A DNA stretch of 64,000 nucleotides from an uncultured Alphaproteobacteria bacterium (GTDB lineage Bacteria > Pseudomonadota > Alphaproteobacteria > Rhizobiales > Xanthobacteraceae): positions 333,442 to 397,441 of the forward strand of contig CAVWMY010000003.1 in NCBI GenBank assembly GCA_963756215.1. The letters run 5' to 3'. The position numbers were made by a program, and so were the translations under genes. The notes under the pieces were generated by a model, which worked only from the letters and a program-made list of their open reading frames with translations, was not told where the DNA came from and did not search any database. Positions within the stretch are counted from its first letter, which is position 1. Each line of letters begins with the position of its first letter. Shown piece after piece: positions 58,146 through 64,000 of the stretch.

Positions 58146-59018
58146 ATGAAAAATCGCAGCGAAATCGCGCAAGCTCTGGCCGCCGCCGGCTATATCGCCG
58201 ACGACGAGCTTTCGACCGCGATCTCGCTGATGCAACTGCTCAAGCGCCCGCTGCTGCTGGAAGGCGAGGCCGGTGTCGGCAAGACCGAGGTGGCCAAGGC
58301 GCTGGCCACGGTCCATGCGACCGAGCTGATACGCTTGCAGTGCTATGAAGGCCTCGATCAATCGGCCGCGCTCTACGAGTGGAACTACCAGCGCCAGTTG
58401 CTGGCGATCCAGGCGCATCGGGGCGGGCAGGCCGACGCGATCGAGGATCAGATATTCTCCGAAAAATATCTGCTGGAGCGGCCGCTGTTGGCGGCGATCC
58501 GCCGCGACAAGCCGCCGGTGCTGCTGATCGACGAGATCGATCGCGCCGACGACGAGTTCGAGGCCTTTCTGCTCGAACTGCTGTCCGACTTCCAGGTGTC
58601 GATCCCCGAGCTCGGCACCATCAAGGCAACCGCGATTCCGCACGTGGTCCTGACCTCGAACGGCACCCGCGAACTCTCCGACGCGCTGCGCCGCCGCTGC
58701 CTCTACCATTATGTCGATTATCCCGACGTCGATCGCGAGGCCCGTATCATCATGGCGCGCGTCAATGGCGCCGGCGCTACGCTGTCGCTGCAGATCGCGC
58801 GCATGGTCGAGGGCATCCGCAAGGAAGAGCTGCGCAAGGTGCCCGGCGTCGCCGAGACGCTGGACTGGGCGGCAGCGCTGGTCGGCATCGACGTGCGCGA
58901 CCTGCACGACGCGCCTGAGGCGGTCCACGAAACCCTGATGTGCCTGCTCAAGACCCATGAGGACAAGTCGCGCGTAACGTCCGAGGTGACCGAACGTCTG
59001 CTGGGGAAGGTCGCATGA
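58146..59018 (+). CDS. coxD: AAA+ MoxR-type ATPase CoxD (CODH active-site maturation)
   Basis: Walker A is LLLEGEAGVGKTEVAKA and Walker B is VLLIDEIDRAD. Start is the ATG at 58146, giving 290 aa. Confidence 0.88.
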   Translation: MKNRSEIAQALAAAGYIADDELSTAISLMQLLKRPLLLEGEAGVGKTEVAKALATVHATELIRLQCYEGLDQSAALYEWNYQRQLLAIQAHRGGQADAIEDQIFSEKYLLERPLLAAIRRDKPPVLLIDEIDRADDEFEAFLLELLSDFQVSIPELGTIKATAIPHVVLTSNGTRELSDALRRRCLYHYVDYPDVDREARIIMARVNGAGATLSLQIARMVEGIRKEELRKVPGVAETLDWAAALVGIDVRDLHDAPEAVHETLMCLLKTHEDKSRVTSEVTERLLGKVA

Positions 59019-60222
59019 GTTGCTGCGGACCCCACGGCGGCTACGACGAATTCGACGAGGTATCGCGGCTGGTCTCGGGAAAGCTCGCGGCGTTTCTCGG
59101 GACCTTGCGCGACAACGGCTTTGCCGTCGGGCTGCACGAGGGCCGGGATGCAGCCGCATTGATGGCGGCGGGCTACGCGGTGCGACCCCGGCTGTTGCGC
59201 TCGGCGTTCAAGCACCTGTTCTCGGCGCGCAAATCCGACTGGGACCGCTTCGACGGGCTGTTCGATGCGTTTTGGCTCGGCAAGCGGGTGCGATCACGCT
59301 CGCGCACTGTCGGATCGGCCCGGCGGCCAACAATCCGTCGTTGAAAAGCCTGCAGGACGGCGGGGCGCCCACCCCGGGAAGCGAGGCCGGGTCGGACCAG
59401 ATTCCGTCATCCGACGAGGCGCCCCGGGATCGCGGCGGCGAAGGCCGCATGGAAGGCGCGTCGATGGCGTCCAATCTTGCCGAGGTCGATTTCCGCAAAT
59501 TGGCGGACCCCGGGCAGATCGAGGAGGCCCATGCCGCCGCGGCGCGGCTGGCGAAGATCATGCGGACGCGGTTGACCCGGCGCGACCTGGCGCGGCGGCG
59601 TGGCTACCGGCTCGACCTGCGGCGAACCATCCACAACAACATCAGCCACGGCGGCGTGCCGATCAATTTGGTGAAACGCCGGCGCAAACACAAGCCGCTG
59701 CGGCTGGTGATGCTGCTCGACGCTTCCGGCTCGATGAGCATGTACACCGGTGTATTCTTGCGCTTCATCCACGGCGTGCTGGACCAGTTTCGGCAGGCCG
59801 AGGCGTTTTTGTTTCATACGCGGCTCGCGCATGTCTCGGACGCGATGAAGGAAAAAGACGCCGGGCGCGCGCTCGACCGGCTGTCGATCCTGGCCCAGGG
59901 CGCGGGCGGCGGCACCAGGATCGGCGAAAGCCTGCAAACCTTCAACCGTTGGCATGCCGCGCGCGTGATCCACTCGCGGACCTGCGTCATGATCGTATCC
60001 GACGGCTATGAGACCGGCGATGCGGCGTTGCTCGGCCGCGAAATGGCGGCGCTGGGCCGGCGCTGCCGCCGCATTGCCTGGCTCAACCCGATGATGGCGT
60101 GGGAAGGCTATGCGCCTGAGGCCGCCGGCATCAAGGCCGCGCTGCCGCATGTCGATCTCTACGCGCCGGCCAACACGCTGCGCAGCCTGGCCGCGCTTGA
60201 ACCTTATCTGGCGAAACTCTGA
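59015..60222 (+). pseudogene. coxE: VWA-domain CoxE split by an apparent 1-nt frameshift
   Basis: The N-terminal CoxE-type region (KLAAFLGTLRDNGFAVGL...FDGLFDAFWLGK) is in the frame of ORF 59015..59344. The VWA_CoxE body (YRLDLRRTIHNNISHGG..LRLVMLLDASGSMSMY...IVSDGYETG) is in the frame of ORF 59020..60222. The switch falls near 59300-59340. The 1208-nt span is not a multiple of 3. The ATG overlaps the coxD stop. Confidence 0.8.
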
Positions 60223-60233
60223 TAGGCAGACCT

Positions 60234-61055
60234 ATGACCGCGCATGTCGAAGTGATGGACCTGGTCGCGCAGATGAAAGCCGCGGAGCAGGCTTTTGCGC
60301 TTGCGACCGTGGTGCGCACGGTATCGGTCACGGCTGCGAAAGCCGGCGCCAAGGCGATCATCCGTCCCGACGGCACCATCGTCGCAGGCTGGATCGGCGG
60401 CGGCTGCGCGCGCGGCGCGGTTCTGAAAGCCGCGCGCGAGGCGCTTGCGGACGGCGAGCCGCGCATGATCTCGGTGCAGCCGGAAGACATGCTCGCCGAG
60501 CTCGGCGTCAAGGCCGGCGATAATCGTGACGGCGTCCGCTTCGCCAGCAACATGTGTCCGAGCAAGGGCACGATGGACATTTTCGTGGAGCCCGTGTTGC
60601 CGCATCCCTCGCTGGTGATTTTCGGTGCAAGCCCGGTGGCGATGTCGCTGGCGTCACAGGCGCGCCAGCTTGGCTATCACGTCACGCTGGCCGCGCCCGC
60701 CCCCGATCTGCCGGTCGCGCCGGACGCCGATACGCTGATCGACGGCTTCGCGCTTGGCGAATTGCATCCGGCCAAGCGCTTCATCGTGATCTCGACGCAG
60801 GGCAAGGGCGACGAGGCCGCGTTGCGCGCCGCGCTGGCGATCGAGGCGGCATATCGCGCCTTTGTCGGCAGCCGCCGCAAGATGGCGGCGCTGCGCCATA
60901 AACTCCTCAACGAGGGCGTCGACGCCGCTGCCTTCGATCAGATCAAGGCGCCGGCCGGGCTCGATCTCGGCGCCATCACACCGGAAGAAATCGCGATGTC
61001 GATCTTGGCGGAGATCACGGTCGAGCGCCGAAGGGGTCAGCGGGACAAGAGGTAA
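60234..61055 (+). CDS. coxF: XdhC/CoxF-family maturation protein
   Basis: FALATVVRTVSVTAAKAGAKAIIRPDG...GWIGGGC is followed by a Rossmann-like half (LVIFGASPVAMSLA). Confidence 0.85.
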   Translation: MTAHVEVMDLVAQMKAAEQAFALATVVRTVSVTAAKAGAKAIIRPDGTIVAGWIGGGCARGAVLKAAREALADGEPRMISVQPEDMLAELGVKAGDNRDGVRFASNMCPSKGTMDIFVEPVLPHPSLVIFGASPVAMSLASQARQLGYHVTLAAPAPDLPVAPDADTLIDGFALGELHPAKRFIVISTQGKGDEAALRAALAIEAAYRAFVGSRRKMAALRHKLLNEGVDAAAFDQIKAPAGLDLGAITPEEIAMSILAEITVERRRGQRDKR

Positions 61056-61126
61056 ACGCTGACTGATCTCACCTGACATCGACGACGATCGAGTTCTTCT
61101 CAGTCGAACGGCCGGAATGAGGCGAT

Positions 61127-61513
61127 CTAGTCCATTGGCTCGACGAGATGCGCGCGCGAAGGTCCCGGGTCAAAGCGATCGGCGAAATATTGGGTTTCCC
61201 TGGCCACCAGTCCGTCGCGGAATTCCATGATGCTCACGGTGTAGGATGGGATGCCGTCATAGGTGAGGACGAATTCGGTGACCCAGAGATCGCCGCTGCC
61301 GATCATGCGCCGCACCGCAAAGCGCTTCTTGTTCGGCTGCACCGACCGGCTTTCTTGAATATTGCGTCGGCCACGGATGCGCTCGCCCGATTGCGGATAT
61401 TCGAGCACGGCGTCCTCGTGGTAGATTTCATGTTCGAGCTTGAAGTCGCTCGCATCCGAAGCGTCCCAATGTCGCTTGAGTGCCGCGCGTATCGCCTGAT
61501 CAGCCATGTCCAA
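61127..61513 (-). CDS. NTF2-like (SnoaL-type) domain protein
   Basis: It is 128 aa. The pattern HEDAVLEYPQSGERIRG...GDLWVTEF...ISIMEFRDGLVARETQYF is typical of SnoaL-like folds. Confidence 0.7.
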   Translation of the reverse strand: MDMADQAIRAALKRHWDASDASDFKLEHEIYHEDAVLEYPQSGERIRGRRNIQESRSVQPNKKRFAVRRMIGSGDLWVTEFVLTYDGIPSYTVSIMEFRDGLVARETQYFADRFDPGPSRAHLVEPMD

Positions 61514-61747
61514 TCTCCCGCTTGCGCCGTGACCGTGTCGGAAGCGTCAATCCCGCTGACCAGGTTTTGTCGGCCGTATCACCTTCGCCGCGCGGAGCCG
61601 CGTTTCCCGCACCCGCTCGTCAATACACCGATAGCCCGCGAACCGATACCGGCGGTACGCCGGCGTTCGTCGCGGGGTCGCATCCGATGGCGGGCGACCG
61701 CAGCACGCTCCGTCGCCGCGCCGATACGCTCGCGCCATGCGTTCGGC

Positions 61748-62695
61748 TCACTTGACCCTTGGAATGAAACCGGGGACGCCGGTCTCCACGACCGAGTTGA
61801 AGCGGATGTTCGTCGTGATGCGGTCGCGTATCTCCTGCATGGCTTCTTCGGGGATCGCCGAGATGTCAAAGTTCTCCTGGATGCGCCGGGGTTTGGTCGA
61901 GGTGGTCAGGAAAGCGCTGCCGCGCTGCACGGCCCAGGCCAGTGCAACTTGAGCCGCCGTCTTCCGCACGCGCTGCGCGATGGCGGTAATCACGGGGTCG
62001 TCGATGACGCTTGGGTCCATCGCGTGTCCCAACGCGGCAAACGCCAGCAATACGATGCCTTGCTCCCGGCAGAAGTCGAGCAGCTCCCATTCGGGCAGAT
62101 AGGGGTGCGACTCCACCTGCACGACGGCAGGCTTGATCCGGGCAACCGCCACGATCTCTTTCAATTTGTCCAAGGTAACGTCCGACAGGCCGATGGCGCG
62201 GCATCGACCGTCGTCCACAAGGCGCTCCAGCGCGTGCCATGTCTCGGCCAGCGTCACTCCGGAATCATAGATCACCCGGCCGTGCTCGTCCCTCGGGTCC
62301 TGCTCGTCGCCGGGCTGAAAGGCAAAGGGCGTATGGATCAGATAGCAGTCCGCGTAGTCGATTTGCAGTCGCTTGAGACTGGCATCGAAGGCCGGTTTGA
62401 CCCGCTCCGGACGGTGATTGCTGTTCCACAGCTTGGTGGTAACGAACAGATCCTCCCGCCGAACCGTCCCCGCCTTTAACGCTTCCCGCAATGCTTCGCC
62501 GACCGCCGCTTCGTTGCGGTAGCGTTCCGCGCAATCGAGGTGCCGAAATCCCGTTTCCAGCGCAGCCTTGGTCGCCTGCCGGGTCGCAACCGGATCCGGA
62601 ATCAGCGTACCGAACCCGACCGCGGGGATCGCGCCGGTTCCGTGGGCGAGCGGAATCTTCGTGTAACGAAGCGTGTCGGGTGTCGTCATCTTCAT
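61748..62695 (-). CDS. Aldo/keto reductase
   Basis: GFRHLDCAERYRNE, TTKLWN, DCYLIHTP, GLSDV and VESHPYL give the AKR catalytic tetrad context (D-Y-K-H). Confidence 0.9.
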   Translation of the reverse strand: MKMTTPDTLRYTKIPLAHGTGAIPAVGFGTLIPDPVATRQATKAALETGFRHLDCAERYRNEAAVGEALREALKAGTVRREDLFVTTKLWNSNHRPERVKPAFDASLKRLQIDYADCYLIHTPFAFQPGDEQDPRDEHGRVIYDSGVTLAETWHALERLVDDGRCRAIGLSDVTLDKLKEIVAVARIKPAVVQVESHPYLPEWELLDFCREQGIVLLAFAALGHAMDPSVIDDPVITAIAQRVRKTAAQVALAWAVQRGSAFLTTSTKPRRIQENFDISAIPEEAMQEIRDRITTNIRFNSVVETGVPGFIPRVK

Positions 62696-62749
62696 ACTCC
62701 CTGTTTGAACTTAGCCGCGGCTCAGGCGACGGCTGGCTTCGACGTGGCG

Positions 62750-64000
62750 TTATTGGACCGGGCGCGGCTTGCGGAGGAAGAGTACCAGCGGGCTGACGAC
62801 CAGAACGGCGAACATCAGGATCTTGAACTGATCGATGACCGCGACGACGGCAGCCTGGCGGGTGACCATTTCGTTGAGCGCGGCAAGCCCCGGCGCGGCG
62901 ATCGAACCCGCGACATGGGCGATGCTGCGATAGGTGAGGTGCTTGGCGAGCGCCAGGTGCATGGCCTGCGTGTTGTTGTAGAAAAAGATTTGAACGACGG
63001 CGATGCCGAGCGTGCTGCCATAGACGCGCGACAGGTTGAAGAGTGCGGTGCCTTCGGGGCGGAACTTGGGATCGAGCGTGCCGAATGCGGCCCTGGAGAG
63101 CGCCGGGATCAACGTCCCGAGTCCGATACCCTGGAGCAGACCCGTCATCGCCACCGGCCGCCAATCCATATCGGGCGAATAGCCGAGCATTCGCCAATTG
63201 GCATAGGCCACCAGCGCCAGGCCGCCGCCGACGAACAGCCGGTTGTCGATTCGCGTCGGAACGAAGTTCATCAGCACCAGCGCACCGACCAGCGTGACGC
63301 CGCGCGGGATCGTCAGGTAACCGGTGGTGTCGACCGGATAGTTGAGCAACTCTTCGAGCATCGGCGAGGTCAGGGCGAGGGTCGGCAGCAGCACGAAACC
63401 GACCGCAAACAGCATGATGGCCGAGAGCACGAAGTTGCGGTCCTTGAACAACGCCTTGTCGAGAAAATGTACCTTCGCGGTCAGCACATGCACGATAAAG
63501 AGATAGAATCCGAGGACCGACGCACTCGCTTCGAGCCAGATTTCCGGTGAAGAGAACCATTCCAGCCGCTCGCCGCGGTCGAGCAGCATCTGCAGGCCGA
63601 TCAAGCCGAGCGAGAAGGTCGCCAGGCCGAAGAAGTCGAACGGCGGGTTGTCGCCGGTTTTCTTCTCGGGCAGCGAAAGCGCCATCGTCAGCGAGATGAA
63701 GCCTGTCATCGGCAGGCTGAAATAGAAGATCGAGCGCCAGCCGTGATATTCGCTGAGCCAGCCGCCGACGCTCGGCCCGCTGCTGATCCCGAGCAGAAGG
63801 CACGCCGACCATAGCAGGCCGATCCGGGCGTGGCGCGCGGGCGGCCATAGGTCAAGCAGGATCGCCATCGACAGCACCGCGAGCGGTCCGCTCGCAGCTC
63901 CCTGCACGACCCGGGCGAGCACGAACTGGATCGGGGTCGTCGCAAGCGTATTGAGCATCAGGCCGAGCGCGAAGACGGCGAGGGAAACCTGATAAACCCG
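62750..64000 (-). CDS. MFS transporter (DHA2/EmrB-like), N-terminus beyond the window edge
   Basis: Many TM segments are present. The ORF remains open to the window end, so the in-window Met at 63958 is internal. Confidence 0.8.
   Translation of the reverse strand, partial: RVYQVSLAVFALGLMLNTLATTPIQFVLARVVQGAASGPLAVLSMAILLDLWPPARHARIGLLWSACLLLGISSGPSVGGWLSEYHGWRSIFYFSLPMTGFISLTMALSLPEKKTGDNPPFDFFGLATFSLGLIGLQMLLDRGERLEWFSSPEIWLEASASVLGFYLFIVHVLTAKVHFLDKALFKDRNFVLSAIMLFAVGFVLLPTLALTSPMLEELLNYPVDTTGYLTIPRGVTLVGALVLMNFVPTRIDNRLFVGGGLALVAYANWRMLGYSPDMDWRPVAMTGLLQGIGLGTLIPALSRAAFGTLDPKFRPEGTALFNLSRVYGSTLGIAVVQIFFYNNTQAMHLALAKHLTYRSIAHVAGSIAAPGLAALNEMVTRQAAVVAVIDQFKILMFAVLVVSPLVLFLRKPRPVQ

Overview
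High-GC alphaproteobacterial chromosome segment. By inference from synteny, REP families and a near-colinear match to a Rhodopseudomonas palustris enzyme, it is Bradyrhizobium/Rhodopseudomonas/Afipia-like (Nitrobacteraceae). I support about 60 protein genes. Most are housekeeping: xseA, purD, tadA, rluB, rsmD, mutL, arfB, an M16 peptidase pair, lspA-ileS, ribF, prmB, moaDE, pgsA, uvrC, cspA, rlmJ, ilvE, hisS, proC and ribH. I saw no rRNA or tRNA gene, no transposase or integrase, and no CRISPR-cas. Six parts stand out. (1) A complete form-I aerobic CO dehydrogenase cluster lies at 52.8-61.1 kb (MHYT-LytTR regulator, then coxMSLDEF), and coxE is split by a 1-nt frameshift. (2) A lower-GC three-gene cassette at 12.9-15.2 kb encodes a Tat-exported atypical metallophosphoesterase and two small polytopic membrane proteins that I cannot place in any family. 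This is my best candidate for an undescribed module. It sits directly beside (3), a six-unit tandem array with a 148-bp period, built from a REP-type hairpin plus a conserved linker (11.9-12.8 kb). (4) A Tat-hitchhiker two-subunit flavoprotein dehydrogenase lies with a mono-haem cytochrome c and a VOC protein (15.5-18.6 kb). (5) A fluoroacetate-dehalogenase orthologue carries every catalytic residue I recall for that enzyme. (6) An FMN riboswitch precedes a type-II lumazine synthase. proC also carries an apparent 1-nt frameshift. Two such events at G/C runs suggest either assembly indels or real pseudogenes. Several families of REP/MITE-like palindromic elements fill the intergenic regions. 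The many long antisense ORFs in the track are high-GC shadow ORFs. Everything rests on reading the sequence and on recalled family knowledge; no searches were run.
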